A stretch of DNA of 64,000 bases from the NCBI GenBank assembly GCA_001600695.1, contig BCKQ01000005.1, positions 54,404 through 118,403 of the forward strand. The letters run 5' to 3'. Shown in pieces: positions 31,448 through 43,548 of this stretch (positions are counted from its first letter, which is position 1; every line of letters starts with the position of its first letter). The translations under genes and the position numbers were made by a program. Source of the stretch: Ascoidea asiatica JCM 7603. Taxonomy: Eukaryota > Fungi > Ascomycota. The notes below the pieces were generated by a model. It was not told where the DNA came from. It did no database searches and worked only from the letters and a program-made list of their open reading frames with translations.

Positions 31448-32827
31448 ATGTTTTCAAAATATAAAGGATTTAATATATCTTTATTATCTGGCTTCAATAT
31501 TATCAATGGAAATGATAATGATGATAATAGTAAATTTAATGATAGCAATCAAATTATTTCTAATAGGCAAATTAGATATAACGATCCGTATTCTCTAAAT
31601 TTTATGTTTCATTCATTAAATCTTGATAAAAAGTTCAAAAATGAAAATAATAATAAAATTGGTAATGAAAATCAAAATTTAGATCAATCTAAAATTAAAA
31701 AATTCGAAAACTGTGAAATTATTGAAAGAGTTGAAAAAAAATTTGAAAAGAATGAACAGAAAAAATTTAATAATTTGAGTTATTTGAATAAAAAACGAAT
31801 TCTTAAAAAAAAAAATGAAAATGATGAATTTTTTTCAATTGGTAATAGAATGAATTTCAATAATTCAAATGAAAATGAAAATGAAAATGAAATTTTGAAA
31901 AAACAAAAAAGAAAAAAGTTACAAGAGCAAGAAATTAAGGTTAAACCAATTCCAAATGAAGACAAGAAAATAAATCTTGTTTTTCTTGGAAAATTCAAAG
32001 GATGTATTGATGATAGAAAATATAGATGTTCTTCGAAACCAGTTTTATGTGGATATGATATTTGTGAAAATGAGTTCAATATTAAAAAGAATTATAGGTA
32101 TAAAAAATGTCAGGATACAAAAAAAAAATGTTATTGTTCATATTTACCAATAGTTTCTTCACCTTTATCAAAGAATGTTTTAAATAAGAGAGATTTTAGA
32201 AATAGTTTTGATAATGATCATAATAATGATTACGATAATGATTACGATAATGACTGGAATAATATTGTTGATTCTAAAAGTAAAAAAATAAAATTGCCTA
32301 GTATAGATAATATGTTGTTTGTTAATTTCGATAATAAAGGAATACAATACTTATATAATTCAAAAAATCAGTCATTATTCAAAAAAAGCAAAACCAATAA
32401 TTATGATCCTGATAATTACGAAAACAAAATTGAGATTGGAAATATTAATGAAAAAGTATTTGGATATGGAATTGAATGTGAAAGTAAAACCAAAAATGAA
32501 AAATTCATGCAAAAACAAAATGTATCTTGTTTAGAAGAAGAAAAAGAAAATAAAAGTCATGTGTTTATGAATGAAGAAAACAAGCTAACGTTGGAACTAA
32601 TTGATAGTCTCAATCAAATTGGATACAATAAAATCAAGAATGAATATGAAGCAGGAGACATGAATAGGATACCATCTAATCCTAAAGTTCTGTTATTATC
32701 ATGTTCATCAAGAGACAAATCTGTTGAAAAAGGTGAAAACAAAAATATGAAGAAAGTGAATAATTTCTTCAATAAAAAGATCACCATAATAAAAAAGATT
32801 AGAAAAACAAGCAACAATTTTTATTGA
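31448..32827 (+). CDS. SPR6: Probable Spr6 (sporulation protein) orthologue
   Basis: Lies directly downstream of SLX8 in the same orientation, as SPR6 does in S. cerevisiae. The core INLVFLGKFKGCIDDRKYRC...CYC...SSPL resembles the Spr6 core as I recall it. Confidence 0.55.
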   Translation: MFSKYKGFNISLLSGFNIINGNDNDDNSKFNDSNQIISNRQIRYNDPYSLNFMFHSLNLDKKFKNENNNKIGNENQNLDQSKIKKFENCEIIERVEKKFEKNEQKKFNNLSYLNKKRILKKKNENDEFFSIGNRMNFNNSNENENENEILKKQKRKKLQEQEIKVKPIPNEDKKINLVFLGKFKGCIDDRKYRCSSKPVLCGYDICENEFNIKKNYRYKKCQDTKKKCYCSYLPIVSSPLSKNVLNKRDFRNSFDNDHNNDYDNDYDNDWNNIVDSKSKKIKLPSIDNMLFVNFDNKGIQYLYNSKNQSLFKKSKTNNYDPDNYENKIEIGNINEKVFGYGIECESKTKNEKFMQKQNVSCLEEEKENKSHVFMNEENKLTLELIDSLNQIGYNKIKNEYEAGDMNRIPSNPKVLLLSCSSRDKSVEKGENKNMKKVNNFFNKKITIIKKIRKTSNNFY

Positions 32828-34488
32828 GAGGTTATTGTCTGATAGGATTAGTGAATAGATAACTGAGTTCAATTTAGAATACGAATACAATAATTGATAT
32901 AAGTATAAAATTATATTCTGACATTACATAAAATCAATTAACTTAGCTACTTGATAGTAATACATTTTTTCAACTGCAACTCATGAACTTGGAGGAATAC
33001 AAATTCATTATCGTTACAACCGTAGTAGATTTTCATAGACAGATCTTGTCCTAAAAATATTCAATCGGACAAAAACTGTCCGGGTTTCACCAGCCTCGTA
33101 GTCACGCGACTGGCAGGTTTTCATTTAGCCTCGTTATGGCTTTCCGGATCTAATCTCTACTGCACCAATCTCATGAAATTACCTATCCTTTTTCCTCTTA
33201 CACGGAACCTGAGGCAAGATTTGCTCTGATTTTTAAAGTCACTGTTTTCTGGTGCTTTGATTCTATATTTATCCAAGCTTATTCAAATTTAAACAAGTTT
33301 ATTCAAACTTATCAATTTTTATAAAAGATATTAAATACTTCTGATAGAATATAATCTTGATTCTAAATCCTTCAACAGCTTATGCTTTGGTTATTTATCA
33401 ATATTATATTATCCTATCAGCCTCTGATAATTCTAGCATACTTATTTCATTTCTTATTTTTATTTTTTTTATTTTGTCATTTCATTATTTTATTATTTTA
33501 ATAGAATTCATCATTGATACAATTCATCATTTAATTCATCATTTAATTCATTCATAATTCCAACATTTAATCATTTAATTATCTTATCATTAAATCAACT
33601 TATTTGTTAATCATCTCATCATTTAGAATATTCAACTTTATATATTCTGTAAATTTTTTTTTCAATATTCCTAACCAATAACTTTAAAATCGTATCTCAT
33701 AATTTTTTATTATAGCTTTCTATAAAATCATATAACCACAAATTATAAAATCTTTCATATTAATATAAACCTTTTCATTAAACCCTTTTGAAATCAAAAG
33801 TTTTTAAGATCGTTTATTATTATTATTATTATTCATTTTTTTCTATTTAATTTTACTAAATACCTATAAATTCAATACAATAATAATAAATTAACTACTA
33901 TTAAAAATCAAAAATAATTCCTTTTCAAAAAGCTTTCCATTTTAATGGATTCTTATCAAGTTATTAATTTGAATCAATTTCTCTTCCCTCGCTTATACTA
34001 TATAATTATCTAATAATTTATTGATTAAATAATTTATTAATCAATTTTATCGTCCCTAATTTGTCACTCGCTTACTAAATCAAATTCAAATTCATTTTCA
34101 AGGAAATATAATCTTTTGAATTTTAAAAGGTTCCTCATTTATTTCATCAAATCATATTTTTTTTAACTATAATAGCTAAATAATTTCAAACCCCATACTA
34201 TAATATATTACACAATTCTACTTATCATTAATTAATTAGTCAATATAACCCAATTTACTTTATCTTAAGTAAAATTATCTTAATCTTAATCTTAACACAG
34301 ACTAAATAATACTTAAAAAATTTATATTGGACCTTTATTATTTCAAATTATTTTGATTTTATACTAATTACTTTTTTTCTACAACTAATCAATTCATTTT
34401 TTAAAGATCATTAAAAAAAAAAGTTCATTTATAACCTTTTAAATAAAATATATATAATTTCAATTTTTTTCAAAAATATTTCATACAA

Positions 34489-36651
34489 ATGAAAATAATA
34501 TCTTCAATAACATTAAAATCATCAATAAATTTACTAACTTCAATTTCAAATTTTCTTTTTTTCTTTAATTTTTTAAGTTTATCAAATGCATCTTTTACTT
34601 ATTTAGGTTGTTATTCAGTTTCTTCAATATCTGCAACTCTTAAAAATGAATACACATATCAATCTGAAGGTTATTGTGAAAGTTCTTGTCCTGATTCAAA
34701 TTTTCTTGCTTTAATAGATGGAAATAAATGTTATTGTACTGATACTGATCCATCAAGTAGTAAAGTATCTGATTCTTATTGTACTTCTTCCTGTGATGGT
34801 TATCCTGATGATTCTTGTGGTGGTGGTACTAGTTATTATTCTGTTTATCTTAATAACGATTATGATTATGAAGAAGATACTACTGACACTTCCTCTAGTG
34901 ATTCAAGTACAAGTACATCAACTTCTTCTTCTGCCTCTACAAAATCTTCTACTTCAACTTCCACTTCAACAACTACAACTTCATCTACATCAACATCTAT
35001 GTCTACTCTGGCAACTACTACATCAACCACATCTGCATCGTCAATTACTTCTATCAAGAAAACTCTGGTTTTATCAACTGATGATTCAGAAGCTACAGAT
35101 TCCAGTACTCGAAATGATGATGATACTCAATCTGATTCAATCATAGATTCTTCAACAGAAGAAAAAATTACATCTAATGATAGTACACCTCCTCCGACTC
35201 CCACTTTTACATCATCAACATCATTTACTGCACCAATAAGAGAAACTTCATCTACTTCCAAATCATCATCTTCATCTTCTGATGTTATTGATACTTCTAC
35301 TTTAGTAACTATAATTCAGTCAACTATATCTTCTGAATCAATTGTTACTTCAACTTCTTTAAATGTTGATGTTCAAGATGGTACAACAATAACTTCTGCA
35401 GTAATTGTAATGGTGACACAAGCTGCAACAGATGTAGTTGTAACTTTAACACGTTCAAATACTGCAGCAGCAACTGAAACACATTATATTCAAACTAAAT
35501 CGTCTTCGAATGATGGATTATCATCGGGAGCATTAGCTGGTATAATTGTTGGAGCAATTTGTGGTGTAACAGCGGCTTTATCAGTTATTTTTTTTGTTTG
35601 GAGACAAAGAAGAAAAGCTAAAGATTTAGAAAAAAATTCTACAGCACTTTTAACAGCTGCATTTGTTGCTAAAAATAATGAAAATAATAATAATGGTAAT
35701 AATAGTGGTAATATTAATGGTAATGGTATGGGTAATAATAATGGGAATAATAATGGAGGATCAATGCCATTAGGAAAAGACAGATTTGCAGAAGGTGATG
35801 AAATTAATGATTATAATATTGGACCAGTAATTGGATCAACAGGAGATACTAATATTCATACAAGTAATACAACAACCCCACATTTAAATGGAGCATCATT
35901 TACAAGACATAATACAACAGGTACCAATAAAACAATGGTACCAGTTGGAGTAAATTTTTCACCTTTTAATAAAGATAGTACCACACCTTCATCGAGTTAT
36001 GAACATCCAAGAAATAATATATCAACAGGAACGGCAGTAACATCAGATTCATTTGATTTTGAAACACCAATTGTTGGTAATGGAAAATTTGATGAAAATG
36101 GACTTTTTACAACAACAAATAATAATAATAATAATAAAAATAATAATAATAGTAATACTAATACTTATAGTATAAGTGGAGCTGGGATTTTAAATGAATC
36201 TAATACTGGAAATAATAATATTAATCATAATAATTTAACAGTTGGAGATTTAGATTACTTCACAGATGAAGAATCGATCATGGCATCAGGGGGGTTAAGA
36301 ATTATGAATCCAGATAATGGTAGTATTTTGAGTCCTTCTAGAGGTGTTTCATTAGATATTCCAGGAAATAATAGTCGAAATGGTAGTAGGCCAAATAGTG
36401 GAATAAGAATGAAAAACTCTAGTGAAATATCAAGATCATTAGATCCATGTAGATCATTGGACCCATCAAGATCATTGGACCCCATTTCAAATTTGAATAT
36501 GGAAAATAATAATAGTAATAGTAATAGTAATATAAAATCTAATTTAGGAGAAAGAGTAGATAATGTGAATTCAAAAACAAATTTAACAATTTTAGAATCT
36601 GAACATTCATTAAGTGAAGATGATATATTTATATTCAAAGACAGAATTTAA
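34489..36651 (+). CDS. WSC-family cell-wall integrity sensor (Wsc1/2/3-like)
   Basis: Signal peptide, 8-Cys WSC domain (YLGCY...CYC...CDGYP..CGG), Ser/Thr stalk, TM GALAGIIVG, cytoplasmic LRIMNPD motif. Confidence 0.9.
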   Translation: MKIISSITLKSSINLLTSISNFLFFFNFLSLSNASFTYLGCYSVSSISATLKNEYTYQSEGYCESSCPDSNFLALIDGNKCYCTDTDPSSSKVSDSYCTSSCDGYPDDSCGGGTSYYSVYLNNDYDYEEDTTDTSSSDSSTSTSTSSSASTKSSTSTSTSTTTTSSTSTSMSTLATTTSTTSASSITSIKKTLVLSTDDSEATDSSTRNDDDTQSDSIIDSSTEEKITSNDSTPPPTPTFTSSTSFTAPIRETSSTSKSSSSSSDVIDTSTLVTIIQSTISSESIVTSTSLNVDVQDGTTITSAVIVMVTQAATDVVVTLTRSNTAAATETHYIQTKSSSNDGLSSGALAGIIVGAICGVTAALSVIFFVWRQRRKAKDLEKNSTALLTAAFVAKNNENNNNGNNSGNINGNGMGNNNGNNNGGSMPLGKDRFAEGDEINDYNIGPVIGSTGDTNIHTSNTTTPHLNGASFTRHNTTGTNKTMVPVGVNFSPFNKDSTTPSSSYEHPRNNISTGTAVTSDSFDFETPIVGNGKFDENGLFTTTNNNNNNKNNNNSNTNTYSISGAGILNESNTGNNNINHNNLTVGDLDYFTDEESIMASGGLRIMNPDNGSILSPSRGVSLDIPGNNSRNGSRPNSGIRMKNSSEISRSLDPCRSLDPSRSLDPISNLNMENNNSNSNSNIKSNLGERVDNVNSKTNLTILESEHSLSEDDIFIFKDRI

Positions 36652-37641
36652 GATTAATCTAGGATAAATCTAAGAATAGTATTAATTTAGAAATATCTGC
36701 CATTTTTATCATTTTTCAAAACACTTTTTTTTTTTTCTTTCAAGGATGCATTCTTCCGATAATGATGAGGTTTAATTCAGGATTTTATATTAATTTGAAG
36801 AAATTAATAATAGAGTTTTTATTAATTCCAAATTAAATTTCAATTCATCAATACTAGTACTTTTTCTTCGTTCTTTTTATTTTTATTTTTATTTTTGTTT
36901 TTGTTTTTGTTTTTTTTTATGCTTAAACTTTTGATATTATTTTTGAAATTAGTTTTTTTTAATACCGGTTGTTCTTTTTTATCTAGTTAATAAAGTTACT
37001 AGTCCTTTTAGTATTTCTAAGTACCTCTTCTGGATAAGAAGAGCTCTTCAATCATTATTGCTTCAATTGTAACTACTCTGGAGCATAAACAATCAATTGA
37101 ATTGTTTGTTTATCGAGTTTTTTTATCGAGTTTATTTATGAACATGCCAAATATTAGAGCTAAATTCAACTAATCACAGTGTAAAGTATAGACTCAGAAG
37201 GCTAAAAGTCCGAATAACACTCAGTTAAAACAGAGATGAGTGAATTACAAATCCAACAGAAATCGAAGAGAAGTTGCAAAGTCAGAGGGAAAGTCTCACC
37301 TACTCTTGCCACAACTAAGGGTCTTCTGCCGCCGGCATCCAGGGCTTGCCGGACAAGTGCCGAGCGCTTGTGGCAAAGGGTGCCAGGGACGCAGGGGTGG
37401 CGGTGCTAAATTGCGCGGCCGGCAGAGCCCAAAGCACACAGCAGCACAGCAGCACCGACCCCAGCAAGCAGACAAAATAACGAAATAAGCACAAAATACA
37501 AATTCTGCGCTGGTGTTGGCCTCGCTCATCGCTTTTCTCTCATTTCGCTCTGTGGTTTGTTATCAGCTTTGAGCATTTTAATATCAACGCTTTTCCATTA
37601 TTAGCCTGTTAGCCTTTTAGCCTGTTACCACTACTAATATT

Positions 37642-37692
37642 ATCACTATCATTATCACTATCACTATCACTATCACTATCACTATCAATATC
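37642..37692. repeat. (ATCACT)n hexamer microsatellite
   Basis: About 8 imperfect tandem copies in the PDR12 upstream region. Confidence 0.8.
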
Positions 37693-38273
37693 AATTGTTA
37701 TTATAATTTGAGTAATTTTCTTGGTGTTTATTTTCATGCTCATACACTAAAATTTCTCGACTTTACTATTCCATTACTATGCTTTTTTTTTTTTTTTTCT
37801 TTTTTTTCAGTTCAGATCAATTTCAATAATTCCAATCAATGATCATAATATCAATCAATCATTATGATTTTATACTATAGCAATACTATTCCAACATAAT
37901 AACTCCAATTTTTCATTTTCTTTGCATGATCTGATAATATATAAGTAATCAAATATGTTCTCTTTCAATTCAATCTTTCTTCTGTTTTTTTTTTTTTGAA
38001 TTATTGTCTATAATTATATGTTTTTATTCAATATAATTGAAATTTAAATTATCAATTAGATCTTTTACTTAGGTTTATTATATTTATCAGATTTCTTAAA
38101 TAAAACAATAATAATAATAATAATAAAAATCTACATTCAATTGAAGAAAATTTAGAAATCAATTAATAAAATTAATAATTTATTATAATTTATACAATCA
38201 TTTCTTAAAACAATTATATTTATATTCTATTTATTCTTTTTTTTTCTTTTTTTCTGTTACTTTTTAATTCAAA

Positions 38274-41200
38274 ATGTCTCATGATAAACATTCTGATTCT
38301 GAATCTTTATATTCACAAGATTCTGAAAAGGTTACTCCTTTTGATCCATTAAATGATCCAACTCTTTTAACTCATCCAAATAATGTTAATTCTGTAACAA
38401 ATCAATCTTCAAGATCAAGAAGATCTGGTTTATTTAAAAAATTATCAAGTAATATTAATAATACAAATGATATTGAATCTCAAAATGCTGATGAATTATT
38501 ATCAAATCATTTATCAAATATTTTATCAAACCCAGAAGGTGTTTCAAAAATTCAATCTTTAGCAAGAACTTTATCAAAAAGAACAAAAGTTCAAATGGAT
38601 AAATTTGAAATTAATGATGATGATTTTGATTTAAAATTATTATTAAATTATTTAAATTCAAAATCTTTAGAACAAGGTATTGAATCTTCTGCTGCTGGTA
38701 TTTGTTTTAAAGATTTAACTGCTGTTGGTGTTGATGTTTCAGCTGCTTATGCTCCAACTGTTGCAGAAATGTTAAGAGATTATATTAAATGGCCTTTATC
38801 TTTTATGAAAAAAAACTCTCAACCTTTAAGAGAAATTATTAGACATTTTAATGGTGTTATTGAAGCTGGTGAAATGTGTTTTGTTGTCGGTAGACCTGGT
38901 GCAGGTTGTTCAACTTTATTAAAATGTTGTGCTGGTGAAATTGAAGATTTTGTTGAAATTCAAGGTCAATTTTCATATGATGGTCTTGATCAATCTGAAA
39001 TGATGAAACATTATAAAGGATATGTCATTTACAATCCTGAATTAGATAATCATTTTCCTTTAATTTCTGTTAAACAAACTGTTGATTTTGCTTTAAAAAC
39101 TAAAACTCCTGCAAAAAGAGTTGATGGTATTTCCAGAAAAACTTATATTAATAATATGAGAGATTTATGGTGTACTGTTTTTGGTTTAAGACATACTTAT
39201 GCAACTAATGTTGGTAATGATTTTGTTAGAGGTGTTTCTGGTGGTGAAAGAAAAAGAGTTAGTATTGTTGAAGCTTTAGCTTGTAATGCTTCAATGTATG
39301 CTTGGGATAATGCAACTAGAGGTTTAGATGCTTCCACTGCCTTAGAATTTTCTCAAGCTATTCGTACAGCTACAAATTTATTAAATAATTCTGCTTTAGT
39401 TGCAATTTATCAAGCTGGTGAAAATATTTATGAATTATTTGATAAAGTTACTGTTATTTATCTTGGTAGACAAATTTATTTTGGTAAAGCTATTAATGCT
39501 CGTTCATATTTCGAAAAAATGGGTTGGTTTAAACCTTCTCGTATGACAACTCCAGAATTTTTAACTTCTGTTACTGATCCAAATGGTAGAACTCCAAGAC
39601 CTGGTTTTGAAAATAAAGTTCCTGAAACTGCTGATGAATTTGAATCTTATTGGTTAAATTCTCCTGAATATCAAGAATGTTTAGCTGAATGTGATAGTTA
39701 TATAACTGAACATCCAGTTGAAGAAACAAGACAAAGATTAGCTACTGCTACTTCTCAAAGAAAACAAAGATTACAAAGAAAAGGTTCTCAATTCGTTGTT
39801 ACTTATTTTGCTCAATTATATTATTTAATTCAAAGAGGTTTTCAAAGAGCTAAAGGTGATATGACTTATCAAGTTATATATTTATCTTCTTTTTTAATCA
39901 AAGGTCTTATTGTTGGTTCAATGTTTTATAAAATTCCTTCTGGAACTTCTGGTGCTTATTCTCGTGGTGGTATTTTATTTTATTGTTTGTTATTTTGTGC
40001 TTTAACTTCATTAGCTGAAATTGCTCATTCTTTTGAACATAGAAATATTGTTGTTAAACAAAAATCCTATTCTATGTATCATCTTTCTGCAGAAGCTTTA
40101 CAAGAGATTGTTACTGAAATTCCTATCAAACTTGTTGCAATTATTGTTCTTGCTTTAACTTCCTATTGGATGCCACATCTTAAGCATGAAGCTGGTGCTT
40201 TTTTTCAATATTTGTTATTTTTATTATTAATTCAACAATGTATGTCTTTTATTTTCAAATTTGTTGCAACAATTACAAAAGATGGTGGTACAGCACATGC
40301 CGTAGCCGGTTTATGGGTTTTAATGTTATGTGTTTATACTGGTTTCATGATTCCATTACCAAAAATGCATCATTGGATTAAATGGATTAATTGGTTGAAT
40401 CCAATGAGATATACTTATGAACAATTACTTGCTGTTGAATTTCATGGTAAAAAAATGGCTTGCGATTCACTTGTTCCTAGTGGTAATGGTTATGAAAATG
40501 TTTCATTATCTAATCAAATTTGTGCAATTGCAGGTGCTGTCAAAGGTCAAGATTGGGTCCAAGGTGATAAATATTTAACTTCTAAATATCATTACCATTA
40601 TTCTCATGTATGGAGAAATTTTGGTATTAATATTGCTTGGACTGCTTGTTTTATTTTACTCAATGTTGGATTTTCTGAATTTATTAAAAGTGTTCAGGGT
40701 GGAGGTGATATGTTATTATATAAAAGAGGTCATTTACCATCAGATATTTCTGAAGGTGTTGATGGTAAGGTTGCAAGTAGAGAGGAAATGATGTTAGCAC
40801 TTAATGGTCCTAATGTTGATTTAGAAAAAGTTATTTCTGAAAAAGATGTTTTTTCATGGCAAAATTTACAATATACAATTCCTTATGATGGAACTACTAG
40901 GATTTTATTGAACAATATTCAAGGGTATGTTAAACCAGGAACAATGACTGCCTTAATGGGTGAATCTGGTGCCGGTAAAACAACTTTATTGAATACTCTT
41001 GCTCAAAGAATTAACTTTGGTGTAATTACTGGTGATATGTTCGTCAATGGTAGAGAAATTGATTCTTCTTTTAAAAGAAGAACTGGGTATGTTCAACAAC
41101 AAGATTTGCATTTAGCTGAATATTCTGTTAGAGAATCATTAAGATTTGCAGCTGATTTACGTCAACCAAAAAGTGTTTCTAAAGAAGAAAAATATGAATA

Positions 41201-42866
41201 TGTTGAAAAGATAATAAATTTATTAGGTATGGAAAAATATGCTGAGGCTGTTGTTGGTAAAACCGGAAGAGGTCTTAATGTTGAACAAAGAAAAAAACTT
41301 TCAATTGGTGTTGAATTGGTCGCAAGACCATCGTTATTACTTTTCCTTGATGAACCAACTTCTGGTTTAGATTCTCAATCTGCCTGGTCTATTGTTCAAT
41401 TTTTAAGAGCATTGGCCGATTCTGGCCAAGCTATTCTTTGTACCATTCATCAACCATCTGCAACTTTATTTGAGGTTTTTGATCGTTTATTATTATTAAA
41501 GAAAGGTGGTAAAACAGTTTATTTTGGTGATATTGGCCCTAATTCCGCCACTCTTTTAAACTATTTCGAAAGACAGTCCGGTATTAAATGTGATGAAAGT
41601 GAAAATCCTGCCGAATATATTTTGAACTGTATTGGGGCTGGTGCCACTGCTTCTGCTAGTTCAGATTGGCATGATTTGTGGTTAGAATCACCTGAATTCA
41701 ACTCTGTCACTCAAGAAATTGAAAAATTACATCGTGAATTGCCATCAAGACCTGTTCCTGAATCTGCTGATACTTTAAAATCCAAATTTGCAACTTCTTA
41801 TGATCAACAATTATGGTGCGTTTTGAAAAGAACCTATGTTCAATTTTGGCGTTCCCCTGTTTACATTAGAGCCAAATTTTTAGAATGTCTTTTATGTGCT
41901 TTGTTCGTTGGTTTTTCTTTTGTAGGATTAAATCATTCCATTTCAGCTGCTGATGAAGCCTTTTCTTCTGTTTTCATGGTTCTTTTGATTTCTTTAGCTA
42001 TGATTAATCAGTTGCATGTCTTTGCATATGATACAAGAGAATTATTTGAAGTTAGAGAAGCTGCCTCTAATACTTTTCATTGGTCTTGTTTATTATTATC
42101 TCATACATTTTTAGAAATTTTCTGGAGTTCTATTTGTCAATTTCTTTGTTTTGTATGTTATTGGTTTCCAGCTAGACAAAGTGGTTGGAATGTGACTACT
42201 GGTTACTTTTTCCTTATTTTTGTTGTAATGTTTCCAATTTATTTCTGTTCATATGGTTTGTGGGTTTTATACTTTTCGCCTAATGTTCCATCTGCATCTA
42301 TGATTAATTCGAATTTATTTGCTTCTATGTTATTATTTTGTGGTATCTTACAACCAGAAAAATATATGCCAGGCTTTTGGACTTTTATGTATAAAGTTTC
42401 ACCATATACTTATTTCGTCCAGTCATTTGTTGCACCATTAGTTCACAATAGACCAATTCATTGTACTGAAGATGAATACAGAATCTTTGATCCTCCTGAA
42501 GGTCAAACTTGTGGTGATTTTATGACACAATATATTAGTGATAATGGTGGTTATGTTAATAATGAAACCGCTACATCAAATTGTGAATTCTGTGAATTTT
42601 CTACCCAAGAAGAAGCTGTTGCACAATATAATATTAAATGGTCCTATAGGTGGAGAAATTTTGGTCTCTTCTTTGTTTACATTATATTCAACTTTTGTGC
42701 AATGTTAATCTGTTATTATTTCATGAGAGTTAAAGTTTGGTCCTTGAAATCAATCTTAGACGTTAAAAAATGGTTTAATGGTCCTAGAAAAGAGAGACAT
42801 GAACCTGAGACTAATATTTTTACACCTAAACCAGAAGATGATCAAGTTATAAAGAAATCTGGTTAG
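38274..42866 (+). CDS. PDR12: PDR-type ABC transporter, weak-acid efflux Pdr12
   Basis: NBD-TMD x2; GRPGAGCST, VSGGERKRVSI, GESGAGKTT, LNVEQRKKL. N-terminal HLSNILSNPEG and FEINDDDFDL match Pdr12. Confidence 0.92.
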   Translation: MSHDKHSDSESLYSQDSEKVTPFDPLNDPTLLTHPNNVNSVTNQSSRSRRSGLFKKLSSNINNTNDIESQNADELLSNHLSNILSNPEGVSKIQSLARTLSKRTKVQMDKFEINDDDFDLKLLLNYLNSKSLEQGIESSAAGICFKDLTAVGVDVSAAYAPTVAEMLRDYIKWPLSFMKKNSQPLREIIRHFNGVIEAGEMCFVVGRPGAGCSTLLKCCAGEIEDFVEIQGQFSYDGLDQSEMMKHYKGYVIYNPELDNHFPLISVKQTVDFALKTKTPAKRVDGISRKTYINNMRDLWCTVFGLRHTYATNVGNDFVRGVSGGERKRVSIVEALACNASMYAWDNATRGLDASTALEFSQAIRTATNLLNNSALVAIYQAGENIYELFDKVTVIYLGRQIYFGKAINARSYFEKMGWFKPSRMTTPEFLTSVTDPNGRTPRPGFENKVPETADEFESYWLNSPEYQECLAECDSYITEHPVEETRQRLATATSQRKQRLQRKGSQFVVTYFAQLYYLIQRGFQRAKGDMTYQVIYLSSFLIKGLIVGSMFYKIPSGTSGAYSRGGILFYCLLFCALTSLAEIAHSFEHRNIVVKQKSYSMYHLSAEALQEIVTEIPIKLVAIIVLALTSYWMPHLKHEAGAFFQYLLFLLLIQQCMSFIFKFVATITKDGGTAHAVAGLWVLMLCVYTGFMIPLPKMHHWIKWINWLNPMRYTYEQLLAVEFHGKKMACDSLVPSGNGYENVSLSNQICAIAGAVKGQDWVQGDKYLTSKYHYHYSHVWRNFGINIAWTACFILLNVGFSEFIKSVQGGGDMLLYKRGHLPSDISEGVDGKVASREEMMLALNGPNVDLEKVISEKDVFSWQNLQYTIPYDGTTRILLNNIQGYVKPGTMTALMGESGAGKTTLLNTLAQRINFGVITGDMFVNGREIDSSFKRRTGYVQQQDLHLAEYSVRESLRFAADLRQPKSVSKEEKYEYVEKIINLLGMEKYAEAVVGKTGRGLNVEQRKKLSIGVELVARPSLLLFLDEPTSGLDSQSAWSIVQFLRALADSGQAILCTIHQPSATLFEVFDRLLLLKKGGKTVYFGDIGPNSATLLNYFERQSGIKCDESENPAEYILNCIGAGATASASSDWHDLWLESPEFNSVTQEIEKLHRELPSRPVPESADTLKSKFATSYDQQLWCVLKRTYVQFWRSPVYIRAKFLECLLCALFVGFSFVGLNHSISAADEAFSSVFMVLLISLAMINQLHVFAYDTRELFEVREAASNTFHWSCLLLSHTFLEIFWSSICQFLCFVCYWFPARQSGWNVTTGYFFLIFVVMFPIYFCSYGLWVLYFSPNVPSASMINSNLFASMLLFCGILQPEKYMPGFWTFMYKVSPYTYFVQSFVAPLVHNRPIHCTEDEYRIFDPPEGQTCGDFMTQYISDNGGYVNNETATSNCEFCEFSTQEEAVAQYNIKWSYRWRNFGLFFVYIIFNFCAMLICYYFMRVKVWSLKSILDVKKWFNGPRKERHEPETNIFTPKPEDDQVIKKSG

Positions 42867-43548
42867 ACAATTAGTGTCCTTACCAATCAGAAAAAAACCA
42901 AATTAAAAATTAATCAAATTTATTATTCCCTTTTCAAATTCAACTACATTATATCCTTTTAAATTCAACTACATTATTTTCTAAATTTCGCCTTTTTTTA
43001 AAAAAAATTATATAGAGTTTTTTTTCACTTAAAATCCTTAGATTTCTATTTTCATTTAATTTTCCTTTCCTAAAATTTTAATATTCCTTTTTTTTTTCAC
43101 CCATTTTTTTTATGTAAGTTAATGAACTAAGTTCTTGGGAATTCAATTTGAATGCTTATAGTATTAATAAACGTATTTAATATTCCCTATTAAATTTTTT
43201 GTACGTTCATACTTTTAGTTGAATTACGTAGTTGTGAAGTAATGCAATTTGTATTTATATTTTATCTTTCAATGAAAGCTTGATAATGAAGTTAATAATA
43301 AAAATTTACTATTTGTAACTTTTCATTAATACTGCCATATAAAAGATTAAAGTGCCAAATTTGACTTGAATACGAACCTCAATAGAAAAATAAAAGTAAG
43401 AAATAAAAAATAAAAATACCAACGGTGGAATAAAAACATTCGAGGAATTGTTTAAATTTAAGCAATAAAAAAAGAAATACAAGTAAAAGTTAATGAAAAT
43501 GATTAAATTTATTTACTATATAACTTAATACAGTTGAAGTTGAAAAAT

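Noticed and set aside
37240-37529. Short ORFs on both strands upstream of PDR12
   Set aside because: GC-island artefacts.
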